This document shows positions 1 to 23,013 of a stretch of 64,000 nucleotides of DNA, in pieces; position 1 is the stretch's first letter; the number at the start of each line of letters is the position of its first letter. The DNA is from the human T2T-CHM13v2.0 reference genome, Homo sapiens, in assembly GCF_009914755.1 (NCBI RefSeq), contig NC_060928.1. One strand, written 5' to 3'. The notes below the pieces were generated by a model. It was not told the origin of the DNA. It ran no database searches and saw only the letters and a program-made list of their open reading frames with translations. The position numbers and the translations under genes were made by a program.

Positions 1-363
1 AGGGAGAAAATCACAAGCCATCTTCTCAAGTTCCCCTAGAAACCTGTGGAATGCCCTCTGCCAAGCACTGCTCTGGTACTGGGGAGTGGAGTATTATGTC
101 TTGGAAGAGACTCCTGCTGTGATTGTCCAGGGGTACGTTCTGGTCTGGCTTGGTGCTTGACCTTAGGTCTGCCCACAGGCTTCAGGCTTTCAACTTTGAA
201 ACAAACATCTGTGCCACACACATTTTGTAAATGATCCCATTCAGTCTTCTAGAAGCCTTATAACAGAATCAATATTGTTTTTCCCATTTTCACAGATGGA
301 TAATAAATCTGTAAAATAGGGATAAGACTAGGACCTATTCCCCAGGATTACTTCTGCAGATTA

Positions 364-533
<170 letters not shown>

Positions 534-964
534 AAAGGAGATGTTGAATGGGAAGTCAGCAAGGGTGCTAGAATGTAGCAAGTATTCTTCAGGTGTTAGT
601 GATTTCTGTTGTTCGGGAAGAGGAGGGTTATGGAGGAAGAGTATGGGATTTAGGTGGGTTAAGTGATTTGCCCAAAGTCAAGAGGTTAGTCTTTAACCTT
701 TGGCAGAAGCAGGATTTGAAGTGAGTTTTCACACCCCTCTTCCCTGGTCAGTGTGTTGATAACAGCCCACCCACCTGTGGTTCCAGGGTGTTCTTAAGAA
801 GCCAAGGTTGTCTTGGGTGTGGTAGCTCTTTGAAAGGTAGAAAGTTCCACCAAGAAGGCCTTTTTTCTTGAATACTGCTTAGCTTCCTTGTCAGGCTCCA
901 AGATGCAGATTGCCTGTGGGCTATCTCTCTCCACAGATAAACCTACTCACATCTTCAGGACAGC

Positions 965-1675
<711 letters not shown>

Positions 1676-1983
1676 ATCTTCATCTTCTTTACTTGAACTT
1701 AATTCTTTTTCATGCATCTTCCCTTCTTTCCTCTTTTCTCCTCCACCCAAATGTCTTAACTGTTAACATTCCCAGGTGTTTGGTCCTGGGCCTCTGGAGG
1801 TTGTGAAGGAGCACTGCTCAGTCCTCCCTTCAAGAAAGCAGCTTCAAGGAGTTCAATTACAAAAGCTCCTGGCATTGGGGACCTGCCGCCATGTTCCTGC
1901 CCAGGGCATGCTGGTCCTGGCTGTCACCAAGCACAGTGGAGGTCAGGTGCTAGGCCATTTCTGCCCGACACAGGCCTCCTCTA

Positions 1984-2241
<258 letters not shown>

Positions 2242-2356
2242 TCATAGGCTCTTCCTGTCTTCTGTTTCCTCTCCCCTTTCTCTAACATAGGTGTTTCTCC
2301 TGAGAAAGAAAAAAACCACCTGTCCCTGACATTCAGAAGCTGACAACACTGTTCGG

Positions 2357-2538
2357 TCATGCCATTCTCCTGTTGGACATAAACAGTCTCTGAATGCCAA
2401 CCCCAAAGTTGCTCTCAGGCCATGATAAAATAAACCACTTAATAATTTTGTCTAAGCACGTACAAAGAAAATTCAAGGTCAGTTTACCACTCACAAAATA
2501 CCAAACATCCTTCTGCTGGTTAAAACGAGTGACAGCTG

Positions 2539-2592
<54 letters not shown>

Positions 2593-2907
2593 ATGCGTAT
2601 ATATGTGTGTGTATGTGTGTATATATATATGTGTGTGTGTATATATATATATGCAATTATACCTTTATCCCTACTCTAGTCCACCTTCCTATAAATAAGA
2701 TGTATTGAGATGCTCAGTGCCCCCATTCTGACAGCATCCAATCGAGTGAATCCTCACTTCCTTGAAATCACCCAACCAGGGCCAAAATCCTAAAAGAGGT
2801 TCTTTGTGACACCCTCTGTCTGAGAAGTCCTATGGTTCTCTGTGATGAATAGACCCAACTTTTTCAAATACAGGCATTTCTGGTGGGCTTTGGCTGAAGG
2901 CATTCAC
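2357..2907 (+). mobile_element. Probable old ERV LTR fragment hosting the TG repeat (family uncertain)
   Basis: Resembles by eye old ERV1-type LTRs (tgccattctcc...ggacataaaca; ends ...ggcattcaca). Confidence 0.3.
2541..2652. repeat. (TG)n microsatellite grading into mixed TG/TA
   Basis: About 22 perfect GT units, then interrupted TG/TA units. Confidence 0.97.
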
Positions 2908-3302
2908 ACCCACCAGTGAATGTCTTGCACTTCTAATTGTGTCTCGGGGCATGCCTGGTGGAGGACCTGACTGAGACAATTGTGACTGGATGTGGTCTGA
3001 GAGCAGGCAGTAGGATGAGGCTTGGGGACTGGCTCACTCACTGCCCAACTGGTAGCAAAACCCATCTGGAGCAGCGTGTGAGGTATGGACACTCACTCAC
3101 ACGAGGGGGTGGCCCAGTTGCTGAGGATTCCACCAGTGGTACCCTGGGAAAATATCCCTGTGGAGGGGAATGGGAGGAGTCAAACTGTGGAAGATAAGAG
3201 GAGTACTGCACACAAGGACAGTAGAGTGTCTGTTCCCTGCAGAGGGATAGTGAGGAACTGATGAGGTGACTGTGAGTGCCCGGGGCCTCTGTCGTTATCT
3301 TG

Positions 3303-3920
<618 letters not shown>

Positions 3921-4545
3921 ATCAAATACTGTTTTTTTCTCTCTCTTAACTTAATCCCGAATTGGATAATTTCTCTTCATCTTCACTGTCACCTCTACGC
4001 CATCACTGTCATCTCTAGACCGCTCTGCTGTTGAGAGATTGATGGAATCATTATGCAAACTAAAATAGAATGTTTTATCTATCAAATTGTATTTCTTTGT
4101 CAATAGTGTTAGGGCACAGTAGGTTCATTTACTGCTGGTAAGGGTGTAAATTGTTAGAAACTTTCTGAATGGCAGTTTGGTAATAACAAACAAAAAGCTT
4201 AAGTTTGTGTCCTTAAATGCCTTACTTCAATACCCAAGGCATATGGCCTCAATAAAAAATTATGGAAGCATGCAAAGATTTTGTTAACAAAGATATAATC
4301 ATTGCAGGGTAGAATTTAGAAATTTAAGACTGAAAGATCTTTTCAGTCACCTGCAGCAAGAAAGGAGTCAAAACCTATGTACGATCTCAACTAGTAAAAT
4401 TTTCTCCTTGCCCAGGGATCATGCTGAGTTTAAGGACAGAAATGCAAAGTGCAGCCTGGGAAAGTGTTTCAACACACAAAAATAGAACCACCTGTATGTA
4501 GTCTTTTTGAAAGCACAAAATAAAGAGCAGTCCTACAGGGTTCAC

Positions 4546-4904
4546 TGCTATGTCCTGAATGTTGATGTCCCTTCCAAAATTCATATGTTGGAACCTAATG
4601 TCAATGTAATAGTATTAAGAGGTGGGGCTTTTGGGAAGCAATGGAGTCATGAGGGCTTCACCCTCATGAGTAGGATAAGTACCCTTACAAAAGAGGCTCA
4701 GGGAGGCGCTCTTGCCTCTTCCACCATGTAAGGACACGTAGCAGGCACCCATTTCTGAAGAATGGGCCCTCCCCAGACTCCATATCTGCTGGTGCCTTGA
4801 TCTTGGACTTAGCCTCTAGGACTGTGAGTGACATATTTCTATTGTTTATAAATTATCCAGTATAAGTAAGATATTTTGTTAGAGCAGCCTGAACGAACTA
4901 AGAC
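4546..4904 (+). mobile_element. MaLR solo LTR (MLT1A/MST-like)
   Basis: tgctatg...ccaaaattcatatgttg...gccttgatcttggactt...actaagaca. Confidence 0.8.
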
Positions 4905-5184
4905 ACTCTAAGCGGGAAACTCACAAAAAATATTTGGTAGTGAAAAACAGTATGGTGTGTTAATGTATGGTGACAAGTGTTTGTTTGCATTTAAAAATGC
5001 ATTGGAGCCTCGTTTTGATTAGGCAGTAAATTTACCTTTAATACGTAAGTTTGACAGTTATATGTAATCAGCTTTTTTTTTTTAAGATGGTGTGATTGAG
5101 GTTAATGTGAACTGAACTTTCTATTTCTAAGCTGTCTTCATCTAATTTTACCTTTCTGTGGAAAATCAATACAAGTCAACCATT

Positions 5185-5213
5185 TTTATTGCCCAGTTAT
5201 TCAAAGTTTTATT
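5185..5213 (-). terminator. Candidate FAM184B polyadenylation signals (two AATAAA)
   Basis: tttatt on + at 5185-5190 and 5208-5213, about 1.6 kb past the stop, followed on the minus strand by U/GU-rich sequence; usage not shown. Confidence 0.35.
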
Positions 5214-5504
5214 CAAAGAGCAAAGATTTGACAATGCATAGAATTAACATTGGTTTGTGGGCCACCTTCTGGGCCAGCACCAAAGACTGAAAAAATATTT
5301 TGCCCCCTAAAAGTTGTTATTGAGTCTTGTCAAATCACATTGCTCTGTCAGAAGGTAAGACAAATCAGTGTGGACTGAGAGCAAGGTCAGCACCGTGAAC
5401 AGCCATTGCGGTTCCTTTAACCCACTGGGAATTCATGCAGTGAAGAAGCAACACACCATGAGGCAAATGGCTCAAACCCAAAGACCAGAGGTTCAGGGGA
5501 TACA

Positions 5505-5755
5505 TATATATTTTTTTTTAATCTGTAGAGATGGGATCTCACTATCTTGCCCAGGCTGGTCTCGAACTCTTGGGCTCATGCTGTCCTACCTCAGACTTCC
5601 AAGTAGCTGGGTTTTCTTTGGGCTAATTATTTTTTTGTAGAGATGGAGGTCTCGCTCTGTTGCCCAGGCTGGTCTCAAATTCCTGGCCTCAAGCTCTCCT
5701 CCCATCTCAGCCTCCCAGAGTGTTGGGATTACAGGCATGAGCCATGTGCCCAGTC
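5505..5755 (-). mobile_element. Old Alu/FLAM-type monomer pair
   Basis: Two left-arm-like units, tgtagagatgg...gcccaggctggtctc. Confidence 0.7.
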
Positions 5756-6335
5756 TAGAAGATCTTTGACTTCAAAGAACAGATAATCTAGAGACCTTCA
5801 CAAGTGATCATGTTGGCACTATGGTCATTACACTGAGACCTATAACTGGGCTAGGATTGGTTATTTACAGAAAAACCTTGTGGTACTTAATTCCAATTCA
5901 TGTTAATTTATGTTATCTTGCTTAATCCTTGCAAAGCCCTTTTAGAGGTGGGTGTTATCCCATCTATAATCTGCTGCTTGTCTTAGACCAAGGAAGTGAA
6001 AGTATTCAGTCCAAGCATGCTACCATCCATTTCTGGTAGGTTTGGTTTGTTTTTAGTTGGCTTTCCTGTTTAACTGTTATTTGTCTTCCTATTGAGGTTA
6101 GATGTGCATTTTGGAATTGCATCATTTTACATAGAAACAGCTTTCCAGTGGAGTTGACTAGCATCCTAAGGACAAGTACAACCACTTTTGAAATAGATCA
6201 TGGAAATCACAAAGTCTGATGTTCCACAAAATGGAGTATGATGTTATGGACACTAGAAATACAAGGTATGGGTCATTAGTAACGCTAATAACATTTTCCT
6301 ATAGATGACTTTTAATAACACTGGTTTAATGTCAA

Positions 6336-6636
6336 TTTTTTTTTTTTTTTGGAGACAGGGTCTCCCTCTGTCACCCAGGCTGGTTGGAATGCAGGAGTTC
6401 GAACTTGGCTCACTGCAACCTCTGCCTCCTAGGTTCAAGTGATCCTCCCGCCTCAGTCCCCCAAGTACCTGGGACCACAGGCACACGCCACCATGCCTGG
6501 CTAATTTTTGTATATTTTGTAGAGATGGGGTTTCACCATATTGGCCAGGCTGGTCTCAAATTCCTGGACTCAAGCAGTCCATCTGCCTCAGCCTCCCAAA
6601 GTGATGGGATTACAGGCGTGAGCTGCTGTGCCTGGC
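6336..6636 (-). mobile_element. Alu in the FAM184B 3'UTR, sense to the gene
   Basis: Full dimeric Alu with T-tract at 6336-6350. Confidence 0.93.
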
Positions 6637-6794
6637 AGAACAGTATGAAGTGTTAACGCCAAAATTTGTTTTAGCTATCATATATAAATCATAAGCATAT
6701 TATTTGGTTGGTTGGTGTTAGTTCATTCCTTCAATCGGATGATTTAAAATAAATGTTTTTCAAGTATCCTCTGTGATGTATCCCAAAGGTTAGC

Positions 6795-6929
<135 letters not shown>

Positions 6930-7191
6930 CTATGCAAGAAGCAGCTTAATACCCACCATCTTTTCAGGGAAAGATAACTGCTTGTTTACTCTTCAAAAAC
7001 ACCCAAATGGGACTGGCCAACATTAGTAGTGGGAAACAAATTGTAAAGGATGGGGCTGGGGAGGGAGTACCTAATCCTCATTTTGAAAACAGAAGGTTCA
7101 CCATTGTTTGGTTCTCCATTGTTCCTTTGAGACTTAGTGGTTGTAGCTCTAATAATGCAGGATTAACCAAACCTACAGATCAAGAGACTTT

Positions 7192-7490
<299 letters not shown>

Positions 7491-7667
7491 TAAGAGACTT
7501 TAGAATTCCAAGGTGATAGAGTAAATCTTGAGGAATAATGTTAGTAATAATACTGAAACTATATTGAAGATTTTTGTGCCAAGTCCTGTGCTAAGCACAT
7601 CCTATGGATTAATTCCTTTAGTCTCACGTCAGTCTGATGAGATAGGTGCTGTATTATCTTAATTTTA

Positions 7668-8162
<495 letters not shown>

Positions 8163-8330
8163 TTAATGGACAGGTTAGTGCAATGCAATGCAAAAAACAA
8201 AGCATTATTGTAAAAGCAAATAATGCTCACCCAATCAAAATTGTATCGGAGAAGAAGCAACAATTTCATTTATACACTTACATGCTATTTTTTAAAGCAC
8301 TTTTCCCTCCAATCTTCATTTTGTATTATA

Positions 8331-8336
8331 AATAAA
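8331..8336 (+). terminator. Candidate + strand polyadenylation signal (possible distal end of a convergent transcript, e.g. MED28 long 3'UTR)
   Basis: AATAAA with upstream TGTA (8322-8325) and downstream GT-rich ggatgtgtttt (~8377-8387); assignment to MED28 rests on recalled gene order only. Confidence 0.4.
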
Positions 8337-8595
8337 TATGTATGTTCACAACCTCTTAACCAAAACTTCTGGAGATGGATGTGTTTTGCAACTCAATTTT
8401 GTTTAAGATTTTAGAAGGTCATGTAACACCCCCAGCAGGGGATGGGCCCACCCTAGCCTCAAATGCATTTATTTAAATTTCTGGAGTGAAACTTGTATTT
8501 TGTCACAATGAGGGATACATAAATACTACACGAGATGACATTAGTTAAGTCACAAGTGTATTGTCCTGTGAACTATTTTTAAAAATACTATTTTT

Positions 8596-8908
<313 letters not shown>

Positions 8909-9257
8909 TAGGATTTTGTGATAGTAGATAATTGAATGTGAATATGCTCATTGTGCAAAATTCCAAAAATATGTACAGAAATAGTTAAGAAGTGGAAGAT
9001 TCTTACTCTTCTCCCTCCCATCACCTAGATAGAGCTATTCTTAATACTGACACACATTTATTCTAGAAAATTTGGAAAATACAAAATCCCATAAAAAATA
9101 AAAATCACACATAATCCGCCCAGCCATAGATATAAACAAGTGGGTTTTTTTTTTTCCAATGAATATTTTTCTGAGCGTACACCAGCCCTTAAATAACCTG
9201 TGGTTACCTTTAAGAAAAACGAAACCAATGGAATTGTATAATGCATTAAAACCATTA

Positions 9258-9374
<117 letters not shown>

Positions 9375-10377
9375 CTAGAAAACCAATACAACTGAGTCTA
9401 AATGAGCCTAACCACACAGCACTGGGTTTGACTTGAAGGAAGATGGCTGTGAGGGCAGAATAGAGAAGGAAAGTCCAGGGGAGGAAGGGGAAGTCAGTGG
9501 GAATAAAGCTGCCAGGCACTGAAGCTTTTGAGGAAGCACCTTTGCTTTTTTTATGTCCCCAGCCCCTCTTGTAAAGAAAAGGGCAAGCTGATGCCTTAGG
9601 AAATTGAAAATTCAACTGTTCTTAGCATGTGAAGGTAACCTAATGCAGAAAGTTAGTAATTAAGGCAAAGAAAGAAAACCCCCAGGTATGCAAAGGATTT
9701 TGCCGCCTTTCTTCCTCTGTCTTGTTTGACATTTGTGTTGCCTAACATATACAAACATAGGGAGAGTAATGAAATCCATCCCCACTTTACCTATAATAAC
9801 TATATGGCCGATCTTGTTTGTGTGTATCATTTTCCACTTTTTTCTCTGCTGCTGTATTATTACTAAATTCCAGTTATTACATAATTTTTCTCTGTAAAAA
9901 CATCAGTATGTATTTCTTAGAAATAAGGATTACTTTAAAAAAAAAAAAAACCCATGATACCTTTGTTCACACGTAGCAAATGAGCAATAATTCCATATCA
10001 ATGTCACCTAATTTTCAAAGCACAGAGAGATACAGAAGTGAGGCAGGTGAGCAGGAGCAGAAATGACCAGCAGGCCTTGGTTGGATACTGAATCAGAGGG
10101 AGCTGGGTTCTTTCCAAGGGGCTTAGGGAGTGGCTTTGCTAAGTAGAAAACAGGTGGTCATTTTTACAAAAAGAAGATCAACAATAAAAACACTAATTCT
10201 ACTACAATTCAAACCTAAGCCATTATAGATTTTCTCAAATTCTGTAAGTTAAAAAACCAATATTAACATGGGGCAAATGCTGTTGGACTTGGGAGTAAAG
10301 TGATTTTTTTTGCCTCCTATTTTCCTGTATTAATTTTTTAGTGAGTATGTCTTCTTTAATAATAGAAAAGAAAGGAG

Positions 10378-10938
<561 letters not shown>

Positions 10939-11289
10939 TTACAGCAATTACTCAACAAAGAGGGAGAACAAGTGCACACGATGGGAATGCCATCCTGTGT
11001 TCAGCCCGGCCAGGGAGGCCCAGATAGCAGCAGCGGCTTGCCCAGGGCCCCCTGGGGAGATGGCTTGCCGAACCCAGGATTCCAGCTCTGTCAGGTCCCC
11101 TGAGGCTGCAGGGCCAGGAAGCAAAGGCCCCTGTGTGCACATAGATGCTGCACTCAGCGGGGCTTCAAGAGCCAGGGATGCTGCTGGGAGAACAGACCAG
11201 GGCAGGAAAATGTCCCGTAGGTTCTCTTAATGCTCTGGCGCCATCTGCTGGCGGACATAGAGCGCGGCCAGTGGCCGGTACCTATGGCC

Positions 11290-11587
11290 TTTTTTTTCTT
11301 TTTTGGAGACGGAGTCTCCCTCTGTCGCCCAGGCTGCAGTGCAATGGCGCGGTCTCGGCTCTCTGCAACCTCCGCCTCCCTGGTTCAAGCGATTCTTGTG
11401 CCTCACAGCCTCCTGAGCAGCTGGTACTACAGGCGCGCGCCACCGTGCCAGGGAAATTTTTGTATTTTTAGAGGAGACGGGGTTTCACTATGTTGGCCAG
11501 GCTGGTCTGGAATTCCTGACCTCGTGATCCGCCCTCCCGGGCCTCCCAAAGTGCTGGGATTACAGGCGTGGGCCACCGCGCCCGGCC
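11290..11587 (-). mobile_element. Alu, CpG-retaining
   Basis: Full Alu consensus match. Confidence 0.93.
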
Positions 11588-12399
11588 CCCACTGCTTTTT
11601 CAGCGTGAAGCCAGAGAAGAGTAACTGGGTGGTGAGGAGAGGAGGGCTGGGGGTGCAGATAATCTACTGACTGGAGTTGATAAGAGCCCAGGGCTTTGGG
11701 TGAGATGACCCGGCTCTAATACTGGCTCTTCTTTTTTCTAGATATGTGACCTTGGGCATCATTTCACCTGTGTGTGGGCCCCAGTTCCCTCTCCTTTAAA
11801 ATGGGCATGAAACTGGGTGGTTGTGAGAATTCAATGTGATAATGGGAGCCTGGCATATAGTAAGTGCCCGTTAGACTGTAACTGGTAAAACCTTTCCTGC
11901 TGGCTTTTGGATGATTTGCTTTGTATTGGAGACAGTGGAGAAGTTTTTAAGAGCTCAGGCTAAAGGTCAGACAGGTGACATTTAAACTGAATTAATGCTG
12001 CCTGACCTTGGGCAAGTGGCTTCACCTGTTTGGACCTGGCTTGCTGCCATCACATCCTAAATGGTCTTGCTAGTCACCCCCTCCCCCTGTTTCTTCTCAG
12101 CAGTCAGAAGTGACCCTGTGAAAAGGCAAGTCAGGCCATGTCACTCCTGCCCAGTGCCTTGTGAAGGCTTCCCAGGGCACTCTGAACACATCCAAACTCC
12201 TTCCCATCAGGGCAGGAGTCCCTTCACCCAGCTCCTCTCCTCCCACTCACCCTCCCTCTCACTCTGATGCCTCAGGAGTGCCCTCACCTCCTTGTACTTA
12301 AACATCACCTCCTCACAGAGGCCTTGTTTTGCCCACCCTTGCCACTCCCAATCCTGTCTTCCAGCACTTTCACCGCCTGGTATGATGTTAACTGTTTGC

Positions 12400-12757
<358 letters not shown>

Positions 12758-13119
12758 GTTTGCTTATTTCTTATCCGAATTCTCAGCAGAATTTGTGAGC
12801 CTATGAGAGCATTGTCTTTGTTTTGTTCCCTGCTATAACTCCAGAGCCTAAAGCAGTGCTGGGCATACAATGGGTCCTTAACAATTATTTGTTGAATGAA
12901 TAAATGCAATATGTATGCATGAGGGACCAGTGGGAATAACAATTCTAATTGAGCAGCCCTGATCCTTCTGATTTCTTCGAAGTGTGAGGGTTAAACCAAT
13001 GCTCATCCTCACAAATTCCCACTGCCCTGCAGAAAAGGGGAACATAGCCTCATAAAATGAAGGGAGACTGATGAGCCCCTGGCTAGTTCCCCCCGCCACA
13101 CCCCGCCTCCTGCCCTGAA

Positions 13120-13387
13120 CTTGCTCTGTTGCTGAAGCTGGAGTGCAGGGTCCTGATTTCCGTTCACTGAAAGCTCTGCCTCCTGGGCTCAAGTGATCCT
13201 CCTGCCTCAGCCTCCAGAGTAGCTGGGATTACAGGCGTGTGCCACCACACCTGTAATTTTGTATTTTCAGTAGAGATGGGGTTTCACCATGTTGGCCAGG
13301 CTGGTCTCCATCTCCTGAGCTCAAGTGATCCACCTGCCTCAGCCTCCCAAAGTGCTGGATTCCAGGCATGAGCCACCGTGCCTGGCC
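13120..13387 (-). mobile_element. Alu lacking its tail
   Basis: ttgctctgttg...gagccaccgtgcctggcc. Confidence 0.88.
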
Positions 13388-13503
13388 AGAACCCAGGACT
13401 TTCAATTTGAAAACCAGGAAATCCCAGGGTCATTGGGGTGAGTTGGCCACCCTACTGAATGGTACATTTGCAAGACCCTCCCTGGGGCCTGAGGCCTCAC
13501 TTA

Positions 13504-13773
<270 letters not shown>

Positions 13774-13990
13774 CTAAGGACACCTGTGGGAAGAAGAGCT
13801 GAAGTCTCTTGAGTTGTGGGGTCCAGGACAAACCCCCACTATGGGACCCCTTCTCAGCACCCTCCCATCTCAGAAGGAGAAACCTGAGCATGGGGACAGA
13901 CTTCAGGTGGAAGTGATGGAGAGCAGCCCTGCAGGGGAGCCCCAGAAAACACACTCTTCACTTGGGACAGGCGGGGAGGCAAGAGGCTGA

Positions 13991-14385
<395 letters not shown>

Positions 14386-14444
14386 ACTCCCTGAATCTTT
14401 ATCCCTCACCTTTATCAAAAGAAGTGGTTATGAAAATTAAATTG

Positions 14445-14748
<304 letters not shown>

Positions 14749-14819
14749 AAAATAAATGAACAAGCACAGTCAAGGCTCAAAGCAATTTTGGGCCAACACA
14801 ACAGGGTTCAGTGTACACA

Positions 14820-15040
14820 GCTGACAAATATTAAGAAAAAAGGAATCCTCCAGACATTAAAATGACAAAAAAAATTATGAGCAATTTTATGATTGGCATT
14901 AGGACATTCAAAAACTTGGATGAAATAGACGAATTCTTTGAAAGATACAAACTGCTAAAGCTCACTTAAGAAATAGATAATATGAAATATCCTGTGTCTT
15001 TAAAGAAATTGAATTTGTATTAAAAGCTTTCCAACAAGAG
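14820..15040 (+). mobile_element. Old L1 ORF2 fragment
   Basis: aacttggatgaaatagacgaattctttgaaagatacaaact, similar to the L1 ORF2 segment at 51740-51800. Confidence 0.7.
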
Positions 15041-15177
15041 GAAGAAAGGCTCTGAGTTCAGGATTGATGATAGGTTTTTCACTTCTACAATTAACCAAGC
15101 GTTTCATTCATGCTAGGGACATGCCAAGCCTCCTGCACACATTCCATTGCACTCTACAACAGCCCTGACAGGCCAGG

Positions 15178-15486
15178 TTTTTTGTTTTGTTTGTTTTGTT
15201 TTTTGAGACAGATTGTGGCTCTGCCGCCCAGGCTGAAGTGCAGTGGCCCGATCTCAACTTAGTGCAACCTCCACCTCCCAGGCTCAAGCAATCCCCCCTC
15301 ACCAACCTCCCGAGTAGCCGGGACTGCAGGCATGCACCACCACGCTTGGCCAATTTTTCTATTTTTAGTAGAGACGGGGTTTCACTATGTTGCCCAGGCT
15401 GGTCTTGGACTCCTGACCTCAAGTGATGTGCCTGCCTCAGCCTCCCAAAGTACTGGTATTACAGGCGTGAGCTACCACGCCAGCCG
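15178..15486 (-). mobile_element. Alu (AluJ-like)
   Basis: Full Alu. Confidence 0.9.
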
Positions 15487-15607
15487 AGGCTGGAGTCTTA
15501 TCCCCATTTTACAGAGGACTCAGTCTGGGAGAGGTCAGCTAACTCACCCAACCTCACACAGCTAATAAAGAGCGCACAGCTAGTTAAGAAGACACCGCAT
15601 GGTCTGA

Positions 15608-16050
<443 letters not shown>

Positions 16051-16133
16051 AGACTCCCTCTTTTATTTCAAGGCACTTCCTCTGCGGTTTTGAGATCTAG
16101 AATTTCTGGAGCTCTGGGACTTTTCATGGGTCA

Positions 16134-16637
<504 letters not shown>

Positions 16638-18485
16638 CTAGTCTCTTAAAAAATTTCCTCCTTTGGGAGTTGGCCAAATCTGGCCCTTAGAGTTTAATAA
16701 AACTGCTGAGCTAAGAATGGGTCTTGCATCCAAATGAACACCAACCACACTCCACACTCCACCTGCCAGGGTGCCCTCCATGCCTGCCTCAGTGAAGTCT
16801 TCCCTCCGTGAAGTTAAGTGTTCAGTGAAGTGATACTGCCTCAGTGAAGTCTTCCCTACCTCTCAGGGGGAACTGATAAGCTTTCTCTAATACCACCAAA
16901 TCTTGCTAACTCTGGCTCTGTAAGGGGTGACACTGAAGAGAATATGTGTCCATGCTGGTTTCCTTGGCTAGATTGGGAGCTATTCCTCTCTTCATCTTTC
17001 CAACCCTGTAGCACCTAGCCTGGTGTATTCTATAGGTGCCACGTGAATGCTTGCTAAACAGAATTGTGCTAGAATGTCTGTAGTTCAGGTAGAAACACAA
17101 AGATTGCTGTCCAACAGCAAATGGAGTCAGATTTAATCTGTGATTAGTGAATGTTCCAGTTTTCAAATTCACTCAAACATGCCCGACCACTTGTGCATGT
17201 ATTAGTTCACTGCACACAGTAATTGCACAGCTGTGCACGGGGAGAATCTGTGGCCCAGGCCCCATGTCTCTGCCTTCCTGCTCTGGGGTTGGCATGATGT
17301 GGGATGCCCGTGGGCACCCACTTGGCACTCTCACATGCATAGCCTGGAAGAGCAAGAGCAGGGGGGTTACTGCTCTGTGGGGACAATCCTTGACCAATGG
17401 AGGACAGAAACAGATGGAAAAATGCATTCCCCTCTTGGGTCTCTGGGTGGGAGAGATATGAGAATTAGATCCCAGTAGGACAGACTCCACTTAGCTCAGC
17501 GGTGGCCAGCTTGGGCCTGCAGCCTGGCATTGTGTCCCCTCCCCTTTCCTTTTTGACTCCTGCTGCCTGGGCTGTTCCTCTTTGCCGACACCCCTGCATC
17601 TCCTCTCTGTGTGGGGTATCACCTGAGACCACACTTTCCTTCTAGAGGGTTCAGGGCTTCCCTCCTATGGGGCAAAGGTGAGGGCTGGTGCATGGGTGGC
17701 CACGTATCGGCTCATGTACTCAGTGCTCCTTGGCTTCTATCCAGAGCCCTCAGGTGAACACTGACTCCCTCCATGGCCCAGTCCCCAGCTGTCTCCATCC
17801 CACATTTCCCGTCCCCTCCCATTGGTACCAGTGGCTCCCACCCATCTAAACACTTAATGGAATACATTCTGTCTTCCCTCTGCTAGACCTAACCACTGGG
17901 CTAACCTGTGATTCATCATTTGTTAATATTTTTCACATAAACACAGAAATTGCCTTCCTATGCTCAGCAACAGCTAAATCTGGCACACATGATTCCCATG
18001 TCCCCTGGTCCTTCAGCAGGACTGGCCACCAATGAATCCTCACCACCCACAGGCACTGGTGGAGACCCTGCTGAGGGCTGGGAGTGGGGGTGGGGAGGCG
18101 ATGAGGCAGGCAGACAGGTTATCCTCAAAAGACTCCTGATCCAGTCTAGGCAACAAGGACATCTATGAAATGGCATGTCCCCAACAGGACCGGGCGGTAG
18201 ATCCTAGAGCCAGCTGAGCTGTCTTGACAACAAGTGCTCCAGGATCTCAGAGCCAGAGGGGGCCACTGTGTGCCAGGGAAGGCCCCCAGCATGAGATATG
18301 CTGGGCAGCATCTCAGGCAGGAGGAGTGGCACAGGCGAAAGCCAAAGGGAGGGTGCAGATGCCGGGTTTATGAGCCGCAGGGAATATGGCAGGACATACA
18401 GGTCATAATCAGTGGTGGAAGCTTTTCAATGCCAAGTTGAAGCATTTGGAGCTTTCTCCAATGGGAACCACCAAAGGCTTTATGA

Positions 18486-21001
<2,516 letters not shown>

Positions 21002-21505
21002 AAAGTGATGCTGGGCTTTGGGAGAATAGCTGAAGCTGTACGTTATGGACTGGAGGGAGAGAGGGCTGGGCTGTTAGGAGGTGACTGCCACCCAGCTAGA
21101 CCAGGAATGATGGATGTGCAGGGAAGGGGCTGATGGGCAAAGTCTGAGCAGGAAGAGGAAAGAGAGTTGGCACTGAGCCTGGGTGACAACAAAGCTGCTC
21201 CACTTAGGGGAACAAAAAGGTCTAGATGGAGCCTGTCTGGTAAAATGTTCTGAGAAATTCAAAATGTTCTGCAGATCCAGAGGAGTAGCCCAGACCAGCT
21301 GCATCGAGGGCCTATCTAGCACCAACACCCTGAGATACCATTGCGTCTGAATTATAAATAACATGCAGCACTTAAAACCTTTTTTTTTTTTCTTTTCGAA
21401 GACAAGACCCTGCAGGCCCACCAAGTATCCCACAGGCCTGTGGAGAAGGGTCTTCCCCACTTCGGGCAGGGGGGAGGGGAATGACCAAGTACCCAGAGCC
21501 CATCC

Positions 21506-22068
<563 letters not shown>

Positions 22069-22503
22069 TTAGGCGTTGGGTCTAGGCTGAAGCCTGTGTC
22101 ATGGGGACAACAGTCTCTGGGGCGGGGGTGGATGACGTGGGTGGCTGCTGAAGGCTTGTGGTGGGTTAGGTTCCCCAAACCTTTTCCAAGGTAACAGTAA
22201 CAACAGGGCCATGTGTGAAAACTGTTCTCATTTAAGTCCCACCACCAACTTTTCTGGTATGAATTATCCCCCACCCCCGCTTCATTTTAGGATGAGGGAC
22301 CTGAGCATCAGAGAGGGTGAGCACAATGCCCAAAGCCACACAGCTATTAAATGGTGGAGTTGAGATGCAAAATTTCAAGTGGTTCTTCACTCTGAACCCC
22401 GTGCTTGCCCTCTACTGGTTGGTTAGGATGGGTGGCAGGTGTGGGCAGCATGGCCTGAGCCCAGGGCATTCTGTGACAACGCTTGGCCTCAGCATCAAGT
22501 TAG

Positions 22504-23013
<510 letters not shown>

